DNA of 64,000 nucleotides. Source: a virus. The notes under the pieces are model-generated. The model searched no databases. It was not told the DNA's origin and saw nothing but the letters and a program-made list of their open reading frames with translations. Below are positions 37,873-47,411 of the stretch, in pieces; position 1 is the stretch's first letter; every line of letters starts with the position of its first letter. The stretch spans positions 12,094-76,093 of the IMG/VR virus record IMGVR_UViG_3300023082_000002; one strand, given 5' to 3'. The position numbers and the translations under genes are program-made.

Positions 37873-39408
37873 TCACAGCTCCACGTTCGATCGAACGATG
37901 TCAAGGACCTGGTCAGCCTGCTTCGGCTCGAGGTAGTCAGCGGCAGCCATGCGATACGCGGTGAGGAAGTCGAACCATCGCAACGCTCTTGCGACCTTGA
38001 TCTGCGGGCGGATAGCCCAACTGATCTGCAGACTGCCTGACTGAATGTTGGTTCTGATGTCATCAGCAATCGCCATGAGTGCATCCATCTTGTCACGCGG
38101 AATATCCCAGCCGTCGTGCTTGCAGCGGGTCTCGATGATCTCACGCTCCAGCTTATCGTCGGGCAGTCCGACACTGAAGTGCATGAGACGGTTGGCATCG
38201 GCGTCACCGATCATCTGAGTACCGATGTTGTTCATATCCCAGGCAGGGTTCATCGCGAGACCTAGGTACGCGTCACTGTGGCGTGTGATCCGCTGACCCT
38301 TTGCCATGTCGAGAACCAGCTGCTTGCTGTTATCGGTGAGCGGGCGGATGAACTGCCACACGTCAGCGGGTGCAGTGTTGGGCTCGTCGAGGATGATGAC
38401 ACACGGCTTACCCCAGGCACGAGGGAGGCGACCGAACTCGAACACGGTCTCGCCATTCTCATACAGCCACTTGCCAGCGATGTCATCGAGCTCGGTCGAT
38501 CCGGTGAACGACAGACGCTCGAATGGCAGGCACATCAGCCATGCCATGAACCTGAAGAACTCGGTCTTGCCCGTACCGGCCTGACCCCAAAACGCTGGGG
38601 TCTCGTCGAGCTCTGTCCATAGCACGACCACCTTGTAGAGATAGAAGGCGTGATCGACATAGTCCTCGGGGTGCTCGTCGTCGCCGGTCCGTGGAATCTT
38701 GGCCTGCTCCTCGGGCGAGAAGTGATTCAGGTCATAGATGGGAAGCCAGACCGAGTTGTCGGACATCGGGTCTTTGATCTCCCGCCATGCCCTGATGCCG
38801 TGAGCGGCGTCCTCGGCAGACACTTCCTTATCCGTCTCGTACTCGGTCGGATCAACAAAGTTAGCCTTGGCCTTGGCGTGAGCTGCGACCGGATCACCAG
38901 CAACGGTGAAGTTCTCAGCGTACTCGGGAATGAAAGTCATGCCCGCCATGTCGGGGCGAGGCGTACCGAACGAACGGTAATCGCAGTTACGAGCCTCGAG
39001 TGTGGTGCGATTACCGAGGATCAACTTACCCTGCGCAGCACACATGCCTGCACCCCAGCCCGGACCCTTAACAACAACTTCGAGGTCGATGTAGTTACTG
39101 CAGTTGAGGCAGGTACGAACAGCCTCGGGCATGTTACCAGCACCGGGCAGTGTAGACTGGGGGTCGGGCAGCATCACCTGAAAGTCTGCGGTCTTCCAGT
39201 CGGGCGTGATAGGAGCAGGCTTGCCATACGAATCACAGTTCTTCGCGAACGTCTTCGATATCTCGGTAACCTCCGGAAGAGAAGACTTGATGCGACCGAG
39301 GGGCTTACCGAACCGAGCACAGACTGGAACACCGATGCTCTTGTTAAAGAACTTTGTTGCCTGCTGGGTCGTGAGCATCGAGGGGCAGTCTAGGCATGAC
39401 TGAGACAT
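37873..39408 (-). CDS. MoxR/CbbQ/CobS-type AAA+ ATPase with Cys-rich N-terminus
   Basis: GQAGTGKT, IILDE, AMNP, NRL; two CxxC...C repeats in the N-terminus. Confidence 0.85.
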   Translation of the reverse strand: MSQSCLDCPSMLTTQQATKFFNKSIGVPVCARFGKPLGRIKSSLPEVTEISKTFAKNCDSYGKPAPITPDWKTADFQVMLPDPQSTLPGAGNMPEAVRTCLNCSNYIDLEVVVKGPGWGAGMCAAQGKLILGNRTTLEARNCDYRSFGTPRPDMAGMTFIPEYAENFTVAGDPVAAHAKAKANFVDPTEYETDKEVSAEDAAHGIRAWREIKDPMSDNSVWLPIYDLNHFSPEEQAKIPRTGDDEHPEDYVDHAFYLYKVVVLWTELDETPAFWGQAGTGKTEFFRFMAWLMCLPFERLSFTGSTELDDIAGKWLYENGETVFEFGRLPRAWGKPCVIILDEPNTAPADVWQFIRPLTDNSKQLVLDMAKGQRITRHSDAYLGLAMNPAWDMNNIGTQMIGDADANRLMHFSVGLPDDKLEREIIETRCKHDGWDIPRDKMDALMAIADDIRTNIQSGSLQISWAIRPQIKVARALRWFDFLTAYRMAAADYLEPKQADQVLDIVRSNVEL

Positions 39409-39426
39409 ATCTCTCCTGTCGGGAGG

Positions 39427-40038
39427 TTAGTTGGTGCGGGTACGTCGGCTGTAAGATGACGCGTTAAACGCCTTGAAATGTACTGGGCAGAACCAGTAGT
39501 CGATCCCGCTGAGTGTGGTGTGCTCGATCGCCTGCTCGGTGCAGGTGTACGGAGTGTCCGAGAAGGATGCAGCACATGTGTGCTTGTTCTCGAGTGGCAC
39601 CCATGCCGTCCGCCCGTGGGTGCCCTCGTAATCACTCATCGACAGACGCCACGACAGGTCATGCTTCTTCATGAGGTTGCGAGCGCGACGAAGCTGCATT
39701 CCCCAGTAACCCTCTAGGGTTTCGAGGTCGTCGCCCTGCCAGAGGATGACACGCACGTCTACTAGTGGTGCAAAGCCGTCAGCAAAGACGGTGTTGAAGT
39801 GTGCTGCAGGCGATAGCTCGCCGTAGAGCCAGTCGTCTCCGGTCAGCATGCTCTCGGCAGTGAACTCGATGAGCGGACCATACTTGGCCGTTGTCCACCG
39901 CAGTTCGTCGACGTCGCGCTTGACGACGGGCTCGCTACTGACGGGCACAGCGTCGACGTAGACGGACAGGATAGGCCGCTGTGGCGGGTCCAGTAGCCGA
40001 AGGTCGGAAACCTTCGCGTCGACAATGTTGACATTCAC
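39427..40038 (-). CDS. Hypothetical protein
   Basis: 203 aa; C-term C..C..CPVH. Confidence 0.6.
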   Translation of the reverse strand: MNVNIVDAKVSDLRLLDPPQRPILSVYVDAVPVSSEPVVKRDVDELRWTTAKYGPLIEFTAESMLTGDDWLYGELSPAAHFNTVFADGFAPLVDVRVILWQGDDLETLEGYWGMQLRRARNLMKKHDLSWRLSMSDYEGTHGRTAWVPLENKHTCAASFSDTPYTCTEQAIEHTTLSGIDYWFCPVHFKAFNASSYSRRTRTN

Positions 40039-40063
40039 GGGTGCGTGCTCGATTCTTGAGTAG

Positions 40064-40540
40064 TTACTTGAGGTCAGAGTTGCACTGCATAGCAGCCTTA
40101 TCGAGGTTGCGCTCGACAGTAAGGATGGTGTCTACTGTCTCGTCATAAGCCTCAGAGATGTCGTTGAGTTTGTTAGACCCAGCGATCATACCATTGTTGT
40201 CGTCGCGGGCGTCGGCCTTGCGAATGTCTGAGACGATCACCTGCACATCGTCGGGAGCGGATGCGAGGTCACGCGCAAGGTTAGACAGTACCTCTGTAAG
40301 CTGCGTCATCTGCACGCACGAATCAGGGTAATCAACCTTGGTCTTTGTGACCACCTTTGTCTCGACCTTGGGTGCCGAGGTAGTAGGTCCCTGGTTAATC
40401 GGCTTAACCTTCTCCTCTTCGGGAGAATTGAGCGAGCCAAGGATATAGAGAGCGACCATGACTCCGACTACCCACGCGATGATCTTGTGGGACCGCTTAG
40501 CGTTGTACCACTTCTTGAAGTTAGCTCGGTGCTTGCTCAT
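40064..40540 (-). CDS. Membrane-anchored exported protein
   Basis: Basic N-terminus, one TM, helical ectodomain with two Cys. Confidence 0.6.
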   Translation of the reverse strand: MSKHRANFKKWYNAKRSHKIIAWVVGVMVALYILGSLNSPEEEKVKPINQGPTTSAPKVETKVVTKTKVDYPDSCVQMTQLTEVLSNLARDLASAPDDVQVIVSDIRKADARDDNNGMIAGSNKLNDISEAYDETVDTILTVERNLDKAAMQCNSDLK

Positions 40541-40986
40541 CCTTCGTACGGCCCCTCGGTCTCGTCGATCGTGGCAACGTACTCGTCGTCCTTCTTCTCG
40601 CACTCCGGGCCGATGCCGTAATAGCGCGAACGAGGATCGGTCAGCTCCTTGCCGCACGAGCAGCAACGACCGATGACGTTGGCGTACTCCCGCTGATACT
40701 TCACGGGGTTCAGGGCAGCCATGAGGAGGGCGGGCTCGGCGAGGAGGTTGAACCAGTACATCTGCCCGTCAGGGTAGACGATGAACGCGATACGGTACTC
40801 TTCACCGTGCTGGGTCTGCACCTTGAGGCAGTCCTTGAACCGTCCGTAGGTGGGTCGCGTCACCCGAATGAAGACATAGTCCTCGTCATCACTGTCCCGG
40901 CAGGCGAAGCGTGCGCTCGGGATGGTGTCGAGAATCATGGCTGGAATCATGGTCCGCGTACGGTTGGCAGGCAGTTCAGTATTCAT
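40537..40986 (-). CDS. DUF6011 Zn-finger protein
   Basis: GRCCSCGKELTDPRSRYYGIGPEC. Confidence 0.75.
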   Translation of the reverse strand: MNTELPANRTRTMIPAMILDTIPSARFACRDSDDEDYVFIRVTRPTYGRFKDCLKVQTQHGEEYRIAFIVYPDGQMYWFNLLAEPALLMAALNPVKYQREYANVIGRCCSCGKELTDPRSRYYGIGPECEKKDDEYVATIDETEGPYEG

Positions 40987-41016
40987 ATTCTTCTCCTCGG
41001 TGTAGAGGGTTAGGGT

Positions 41017-41237
41017 GTCGGCTCGTGTACTTCCCATACACGAGCCGACGCAACGGCGTTCAGTCCATTGCACAGAGCAGCCTATGTCTGCTGCTCATGA
41101 CTCGGCACACAGGTTCTCGGAGCCATGATTCTGGCGAGGGACAATGACGAACCTCGCTACATGACCAGCGCGCCAGCGCTCCCGTGTGCCGAGACATGAG
41201 CCCCGGTCCAGCTGAAACGTAGACAGCTGGACCGGGG
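41017..41237 (-). ncRNA. Putative structured RNA element (multi-way junction flanked by hairpins)
   Basis: 14-bp hairpin 41201-41237; ~17-bp closing stem 41093-41110/41184-41201 with three inner hairpins; 13-bp hairpin 41017-41049. Confidence 0.45.
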
Positions 41238-41263
41238 TGACATGCGACCTAGCTGAGACTAGA

Positions 41264-42160
41264 TCAGGCCTTGCGAGCGCCTCGCGACTTGCCGTCCGGG
41301 TGCTCCTCCGCCTTGACGGCGACGATGCCCTCGATTGCCGTCGGGCTGTTGAAGAGGCGGGCGCTGATCGCACCAGAGCTCGGCTTGTCGTCGCCGTACT
41401 CCTCGCTCTTCTTGTTCGCGATCTCGTTGACGGTGAGGAAGTCACCGGACTGCAGGTCCGCGAACGCGCTCAGGATGTGCTTCTCGGTGGACCGACGCGG
41501 GCCGCTGTACGAGGGGCCACCCGAGCTTGCGACCGTGCGACCGGCGGCGAGCTTGGCGACCTTCTTCGCGTCAGCGGTGATCGACTCGGGCACGTCGACG
41601 CCGTCCTCGAGGGCGATGAGCTGGTTGGCCTGCTCGACCAGCTGGGGGACCAGGTCGTTGACCTGCTCGACCCAGTTCTCACCGACACCCTCGGGGACCT
41701 TGGCCGACGCGACCGACTGCGCCGCGACGAGCGTCGCGATCTTGCTGACGAACGCCTCGGTCGGGTCGGTCGGCTTGGCCGGAGCCTTGGTCGTGCCAGC
41801 CGACAGCGACTTGCGGATGAGGACGTACGACTTGCCGAGCGGGCCGTTGTCGTTCATCAGAGCCTCGCGCATGGCGGTCTCGATGCTGTCACGAGCTGCG
41901 TTCTTGTTCTTCTGACCGTCGAGCGCACGGTACGCCTCGGTGGTCTTGGCGAGCGCCTCGACGCTCAGATCGCCGGTCGTGGTGTCGGCCTCGGGAAGGA
42001 TCGAGTCGACCACAGCGGTGAAGGACGAGATGTCGACCGGAACCTCCGGCTTGGCCTCGGCAGCAGGTGCCTCGGTCGAGGGCGTGTCGGTCGGAACAGC
42101 CTCGTTCGACTCGACGGGAGCGGACTCGGAGGCCGTGGCCTCGGGATTGCGACGTGCCAT
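41264..42160 (-). CDS. Highly expressed protein with C-terminal winged helix (PSSGAI family)
   Basis: FLTVNEIA...PSSGAISARL; high GC3; SD AGGAG. Confidence 0.7.
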   Translation of the reverse strand: MARRNPEATASESAPVESNEAVPTDTPSTEAPAAEAKPEVPVDISSFTAVVDSILPEADTTTGDLSVEALAKTTEAYRALDGQKNKNAARDSIETAMREALMNDNGPLGKSYVLIRKSLSAGTTKAPAKPTDPTEAFVSKIATLVAAQSVASAKVPEGVGENWVEQVNDLVPQLVEQANQLIALEDGVDVPESITADAKKVAKLAAGRTVASSGGPSYSGPRRSTEKHILSAFADLQSGDFLTVNEIANKKSEEYGDDKPSSGAISARLFNSPTAIEGIVAVKAEEHPDGKSRGARKA

Positions 42161-42232
42161 GATGATTCTCCTGTGTGTGAAGGGTGGCGCACTAGGCAAG
42201 GTGCCTCGTGATCGGGTGGGTTGGCGTTCCCA

Positions 42233-42270
42233 CCTAGAACCACAGTAGCGGTGCTGGTTCTAGGTTGCAA
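42233..42270 (-). promoter_or_regulatory. Promoter TTGCAA-17-TACTGT overlapped by inverted repeat CCTAGAACCA/TGGTTCTAGG
   Basis: Canonical spacing; 10-bp arms cover the spacer and the start site. Confidence 0.65.
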
Positions 42271-42387
42271 GGGGATTGGGAAGCTTTTTTCTTAGGTCGT
42301 TATCGGTCCCAAAAATTTGACTGAAAACAACCTGACATCCCATCACCGCACCCAGGCATTCTTCAATACCAGGGTGCGGCAAAAGAA

Positions 42388-43689
42388 CTACAGGTTGCGC
42401 TTCGCGTTGACCTTGCTCGTAGCAGCTCCGATCAAAGCCAGACCAACCAAAAGCAGTAGACTGCCGATGATGATGATAGCGATGCTCGGACCACCCGTTG
42501 CAGGAAGAACAGCAGATTGGTCTGTGTACGACCTTTCTGTTTCCTCGCTGATCGGCGTAGCGATCTCACCCTTGTCCTTGGGCGCGTCCACCTTCGGAGG
42601 CGTGACAACGACTGGAGGCGTGACAACCGGAGGAACTGGAGGAGTGACGACTGGAGGCGTAACGACCGGAGGAACCGGGGGCGTAACGACCTCTTCACAC
42701 TCGGCATCGGCCAACTCTTCTGGAGTAGCAGGCCGCGTGCCGGTAGGTGCCGTAGTCAGAACCTCTTCACCTTCCACCCACTGGTTGCCAATCGGCTCGT
42801 AGACAAAAGGCGTAGTCCAGGTGTACGTGTAGTACTCGACCAGCTTCGTGTCGCAGACGAGGTCTTCGTCAACTTCTGTACGCACAAGCGCCGGGGGCTG
42901 GGGCGGAACTACGGGCGGAGGGCAGGTCTTGAGCTCTGCGTCTGTCGCCCATCGGTCCGACTTGACTTCGCGTGTCGAGGTGCTCTCGATCCACTCGTTC
43001 TTGTCCTTGTCGAGAGTGTAGTCGTACGTCGTGTACGTAGTGACGATGTTGACCTTTTCGGTATCACAGACCAGAGTCTCCTTGACCTCTGTTGTCTGAT
43101 CCTTGTGAGGCTTCGGCGGCACAACAACCGGCTTCTTGCAATCATCGTACTGCAGCAGGGATGTATCACCCTTCGCGGCGACGGTCTGGGTGTCACCCTT
43201 CTTGGTGTACGTGAAGCCTTCGTAGATGTCGCCTGAGTGGTCGACATGTCCCGAGTTGAAGAACGCTGCAACACTCACAGTGATCTTGGTGAAGGGGTTC
43301 GACTCGCTACCAGTCGCGTGACAGAGAGTGACCTTCTTGCTCTCTGTGTCATCAGCCGGCTCGCCACAGGGCCCGACCGAACCGGACTTTGACTGCTTGA
43401 AGCCACCGTCCTCGGCTTGGATCGTAGCGGACCAGCTGGTTGTCTTCCCGTTTTGCGGAACGGGAATGACCTTGTTCAGCGAACTGCCAAACGTACCGGA
43501 GTCGGTCTTGCCGTCGACCGTGACGGTCCACTTGTTTGACTTGTTGCCTTCATACGAGTCCGCCTTGAGAACGACACCCTGGCACGAAGCGCTGATGTCT
43601 GGCGTATGCGCCGGTGCAGGGCTGGCGAGAACCGTGGCTGGCGCCAGAATTCCAATCAGCATCGCGACGGCGATGAGTGTGCGTTTCAT
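42388..43689 (-). CDS. Sortase-anchored (LPXTG) cell-surface protein
   Basis: Sec signal ending APA; KVTLCHATGS..NPF domain; two Cys-containing repeats; PPVVT stalk; LPATG, TM and basic tail. Confidence 0.85.
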   Translation of the reverse strand: MKRTLIAVAMLIGILAPATVLASPAPAHTPDISASCQGVVLKADSYEGNKSNKWTVTVDGKTDSGTFGSSLNKVIPVPQNGKTTSWSATIQAEDGGFKQSKSGSVGPCGEPADDTESKKVTLCHATGSESNPFTKITVSVAAFFNSGHVDHSGDIYEGFTYTKKGDTQTVAAKGDTSLLQYDDCKKPVVVPPKPHKDQTTEVKETLVCDTEKVNIVTTYTTYDYTLDKDKNEWIESTSTREVKSDRWATDAELKTCPPPVVPPQPPALVRTEVDEDLVCDTKLVEYYTYTWTTPFVYEPIGNQWVEGEEVLTTAPTGTRPATPEELADAECEEVVTPPVPPVVTPPVVTPPVPPVVTPPVVVTPPKVDAPKDKGEIATPISEETERSYTDQSAVLPATGGPSIAIIIIGSLLLLVGLALIGAATSKVNAKRNL

Positions 43690-43745
43690 GAACTGTCTCC
43701 TGTTTTGCGGTTGACTGGCCGGTTGACTAGTCAAGAATGTGAGTG

Positions 43746-43940
43746 TTACAACTCTCGAAGCTGCAACTTGGTATCGCCCTCAAGCTTTCCAGCGAGGGTA
43801 ATACGATGACTGTCCTTCACGGCCATGACCAGGTAGTTACCTGCGATCCGTGGATCGCCGTCACGAGCTTTCTTGATTGCTGACACGAGCGCATCGAGTG
43901 CTTCGACCGGCCCGTCGATCGTGAGTGTGACTCTAGCCAT
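43746..43940 (-). CDS. Hypothetical protein
   Basis: SD GGAGG; 64 aa. Confidence 0.55.
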   Translation of the reverse strand: MARVTLTIDGPVEALDALVSAIKKARDGDPRIAGNYLVMAVKDSHRITLAGKLEGDTKLQLREL

Positions 43941-44024
43941 GCTTCCTCCTGCAATCGACGCACACTAACACACATGACGTCTCGCCTGTGTGAATGATCT
44001 TGACGTGACCTCCGCAGTCGCATG

Positions 44025-44339
44025 TCATCCGTCGACCTCGCGATCACTCATGTGCGGGTCGTCCGAGCGAGTCCCGACAATGACAGCCTGCGCGAAGGCG
44101 CGAGCCTGAGCCAGCTTGTCGGCGTCAGCCTTCTTGCGGGCCTGACGCTCACGCTTCTCCTTGGCCTTGGCCTTGTACTCTTCGCTGTTCCTGCGCTTCT
44201 CTTCGAGGGCCTCGTGCTCCTTCTCGGCGGCACGCTTGATGCGAGACTGCTCGAGTAGTCGAGCGTTACGCTCGGCCTCGGCTGCTTCAAACTCAGCACG
44301 CTTCGCTGCTGCCTGCTCGCGCTTCTGCTTCTTGTTCAC
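44025..44339 (-). CDS. Charged coiled-coil protein
   Basis: E/K/R/A-rich; SD AGGAG. Confidence 0.6.
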   Translation of the reverse strand: MNKKQKREQAAAKRAEFEAAEAERNARLLEQSRIKRAAEKEHEALEEKRRNSEEYKAKAKEKRERQARKKADADKLAQARAFAQAVIVGTRSDDPHMSDREVDG

Positions 44340-44575
44340 TTGACACTCCTGAGATGACGTTTCGGTTTGACTGGTCGATAGACCTCTCGAAGGTGAGAGG
44401 AAAGCATGGCGTCTAGGGCTCGGTCGCGGGATTCGAGCACTACTGGGATCAAGGCACTGTTCTCTAGGAATGCGGCCCTGTCGCCGTCCAGGAGCGCCTG
44501 TGCCTGGCGCGCAACCAGGTCACGGTACTGGGTGCGGGTCTCGTCGTGCGCGGGCCGCATATCGCGATTAAGCAT
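44336..44575 (-). CDS. Hypothetical protein
   Basis: MLNRDMRPAH... Confidence 0.45.
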   Translation of the reverse strand: MLNRDMRPAHDETRTQYRDLVARQAQALLDGDRAAFLENSALIPVVLESRDRALDAMLSSHLREVYRPVKPKRHLRSVK

Positions 44576-45107
44576 CGTGACCAGACCAGACACACTCGGT
44601 GGTGTCGGGAGTGCAGTGACACTTCGCCTCACACGCAGGGCAGTCGATGAGGTGGCCAGGGTGATGCGGGTAGTCGACGTGCTCGAACTGATCGTGCCCG
44701 GGAGCTCCCTTGTCCGCTTGACCACACGAACATCCCTCGACCTGGCGATCGTTCTCCCACGACTCGTAAGCCTTCTCGAATCGAGCGTAAGCAGCACGCG
44801 CTGCTTCCTCGGCAAGGGTGCCCGTGCCGTAGTAGGTGAACACGAACACGAAGCCAGCCGAGTCGCGCACGTCGATGTACCAACCAGCATCAGGCTTGTT
44901 GATCGCTTCCGTGCGATCCTCGGCGAGGAAGTCATCACTCACGAAGCGGAGGTAGGCGTAGCCGTGCGTGAAGTCGTTCTGGTCGCCGGTCGAATCGACC
45001 TCGGTCTGCTCGCTGTCGTGCCACCTGAACCAGTGATCGTACTTCTGGTTCATCAGGTCGACCTTCTCGCCCTGGGGCAGGCCCATGATGTCGATAAGCG
45101 AAGTCAT
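44568..45107 (-). CDS. Early hypothetical protein with Cys/His-rich C-terminus
   Basis: YPHHPGHLIDCPACEAKCHC; SD AGGAG. Confidence 0.65.
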   Translation of the reverse strand: MTSLIDIMGLPQGEKVDLMNQKYDHWFRWHDSEQTEVDSTGDQNDFTHGYAYLRFVSDDFLAEDRTEAINKPDAGWYIDVRDSAGFVFVFTYYGTGTLAEEAARAAYARFEKAYESWENDRQVEGCSCGQADKGAPGHDQFEHVDYPHHPGHLIDCPACEAKCHCTPDTTECVWSGHDA

Positions 45108-45165
45108 CTCATTCTCCTAAGTGTGTAGGGTGTTAGTCGAGTCTAGCGTGACTGGGAACGTCTGT

Positions 45166-45345
45166 CTATGGTTTGCGTGAGGGAATGTCGTCGTCACTCC
45201 ACATGAGGCAGATGACTAGACACCACACCGAGCCGATCGCGAAGATAGCTCCGACAACTACTGGTGTCCACTCGTATGTGACTGCCAGTATCCAGAACAC
45301 AAACGACACCGCGAAGATGATGCGCAGGAGAATAATGGTTCTCAT
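45166..45345 (-). CDS. Small 2-TM membrane protein
   Basis: MRTIILL...; SD GGAG. Confidence 0.5.
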   Translation of the reverse strand: MRTIILLRIIFAVSFVFWILAVTYEWTPVVVGAIFAIGSVWCLVICLMWSDDDIPSRKP

Positions 45346-45487
45346 CGGAACTTCATCTCCGAAATGCGCTTGTTGGAAGCGTCGATCTCGCGCTGCATGC
45401 GCCTGATCTCGGCAATTTTCTCTGCCGTTGTCATCTCGGATGCAGACTTGACTGGGGTAGGCAGTTCTTGGTGGCAGGTGTGACACT

Positions 45488-46033
45488 TCATGACTGGTAC
45501 TCCCAGGTCTCGTAGAAGTTGGCTGGCATTGCGTTGCGCGTGGACTTGAGGTGACTGTTCACGTACTCGTCGGCGTTAAACTCCTGGTCACGCCACTCGA
45601 TGCGCTCGCTAGGGAGGAGGCGCGATGTCGTCCGGTCAAACGAGAGCAGGCGGACTGTGGCACGACGCTGCTCTAGGCGGCGAACAAAGTCCGTTCCACG
45701 CTCTACCTCGGTAATGACTCGCATCACGACATAGACTCGCGTGGCTGTTACGTCTACACGGATCATCTCGTGGCATGCAGCGATTGCGAACGGACGGCCT
45801 AGGGACACGCGCAGCGACCTACGGAGGGCCAGCTGGGGGTCGAGGTCATCGTCGGCCACCGTGGCGTCCGCGTGGCCGTAGACGTCGCTGAAACGTGCCA
45901 TGCCACCCTCGTAGTGCGTCTCGATCATGGCAGCGAGTTGGTCAGTACGCATGGCGTCAATGATCGAGGCGATGTCGGGCATGATGCGGTTGAGCCACCA
46001 GCGCATGTCGGCACGCAGACTCAGTGTACTCAT
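45488..46033 (-). CDS. Early hypothetical protein
   Basis: 181 aa; ATGA overlap. Confidence 0.6.
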   Translation of the reverse strand: MSTLSLRADMRWWLNRIMPDIASIIDAMRTDQLAAMIETHYEGGMARFSDVYGHADATVADDDLDPQLALRRSLRVSLGRPFAIAACHEMIRVDVTATRVYVVMRVITEVERGTDFVRRLEQRRATVRLLSFDRTTSRLLPSERIEWRDQEFNADEYVNSHLKSTRNAMPANFYETWEYQS

Positions 46034-46227
46034 TCTCCCACCAACGTCTCGAACAGGACCTCGTCGCCGTCAATGAGTTGGATAGTTACGCCCCCGTCGA
46101 CTGAATCGGACTGACGATACTTCGCGACAGTCGAGGTGAAGTGCGCCTCGGCGATGTTCCTATAGTCGGCGTGATCAGTTACCTCAAGAATCTCGCTCTC
46201 CCAGAAAACTCGCACACTCAAACTCAT
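46030..46227 (-). CDS. Early hypothetical protein
   Basis: MSLSVRVFWE... Confidence 0.5.
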   Translation of the reverse strand: MSLSVRVFWESEILEVTDHADYRNIAEAHFTSTVAKYRQSDSVDGGVTIQLIDGDEVLFETLVGE

Positions 46228-46538
46228 GACGTCCACCCCCAATCAGCGACGTATCCTGGAACGCTGTTGATCGAGATGTGACCGACATCGGTAACTACCC
46301 TGATCCAGTAGTCGAGCGCCCACTCGCCGATACACTCGTCACACATGGTGAACCCGTGCGGCTCCAGGTCGGCTCCCGGTGCCTCGTCGCATGTTCGGAC
46401 CATCTGCCAGTCGGTGGTTGAACCGAGATACATCATCTGATCTAGTGTGTACGAGCCGTCCTTGATCAGGACCTCGATGTGCTGGACGGTCGGCTCGTTG
46501 ACTAGCCGGGTCACGGCGTCGGACGGAAACTCAGGCAT
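46224..46538 (-). CDS. Early hypothetical protein
   Basis: MPEFPSD...; SD GAGG. Confidence 0.5.
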   Translation of the reverse strand: MPEFPSDAVTRLVNEPTVQHIEVLIKDGSYTLDQMMYLGSTTDWQMVRTCDEAPGADLEPHGFTMCDECIGEWALDYWIRVVTDVGHISINSVPGYVADWGWTS

Positions 46539-46539
46539 G

Positions 46540-46932
46540 TCAGATCCTCTCGATCGTGACACGGGCGTACGGCTCGCCACCGAGCTCGAACGTCACGGCA
46601 CCGTCGGACTCGGGGGTGACGTGCCACGATCCCGAGTTGTCCTGGATGCGACGCGCAATATCCAGGGCCAGATCGGCTGTGTACTGGGGGACTAGTTGGT
46701 GTGCATGAGCCAGACTCATGGGCTCGGACTGTTCGATAATCTCGCCGTCGATAAACCAGCGCTGGATTGTGTACTGGTCATCGTCGTTGGTCTCGATGAT
46801 GATGTCATCTCGATTGACGCCTCCGAGGGTGCGGATGACTCGACGCACGACGTCCTCGGTCACGACAAACTCGGTGCGGGGTCCGGCGAACCCATCGCGC
46901 TCGATGGTAATTCGATTGTCAGTCATTGTCAT
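46540..46932 (-). CDS. Early hypothetical protein
   Basis: 130 aa, first gene behind the duplicated promoter. Confidence 0.6.
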   Translation of the reverse strand: MTMTDNRITIERDGFAGPRTEFVVTEDVVRRVIRTLGGVNRDDIIIETNDDDQYTIQRWFIDGEIIEQSEPMSLAHAHQLVPQYTADLALDIARRIQDNSGSWHVTPESDGAVTFELGGEPYARVTIERI

Positions 46933-46969
46933 GTGTCCAATCTAGTAACCAGGCCGAGATGCCTGGCTG

Positions 46970-47007
46970 GGTCCGTGTGACCCGATATAGATAGTCAATC
47001 ACGGCTC
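46970..47007 (-). promoter_or_regulatory. Duplicated early promoter/leader module, copy 1
   Basis: GGTCCGTGTGACCCGATATAGA is 20/22 identical to 48704-48725. Confidence 0.55.
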
Positions 47008-47350
47008 GTGCGGGGCTGTCTATAGGTTTCCCTAGCCAATTTTAGAAATGTTGTGATGCGCGTTAGACGAACGAGAACGCGCCCTAACGGACGCACGTAG
47101 CGCGATGGAACTAGGGTGCCGATCAGTCATGTGCGGCCCGTAGCGGGCAACGTGGCGCGGCTGGGGGTGATGGGGGGTCGTGGCGTGGTGCTAGATGGTA
47201 GCTGATCGGGCCACGGTGGGGCGTCGCTGGGATTAGGCGCGTGTGGGCCGTCCGATTGCCCGGACGACATAGAGCGGGGTCGTGCGGGGCGAGGCGACTG
47301 GTTGTTGTTTGTATCACGCAACTAATACAATGGCTGGTACAAACTAGGAG

Positions 47351-47398
47351 CCCAACCAGCCTAGGCTACCCTAACTAGGGCAGCCTAGGCTGGTTGGG
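47351..47398 (-). terminator. Long hairpin after the 47412 gene
   Basis: CCCAACCAGCCTAGGCT...AGCCTAGGCTGGTTGGG, 17-bp arms. Confidence 0.6.
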
Positions 47399-47411
47399 TC
47401 GTGCGGGACTA

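Noticed and set aside
41093-41201. tRNA gene
   Set aside because: Stem lengths and loops do not fit and there is no proper T-loop or CCA; no canonical tRNA was seen in the window
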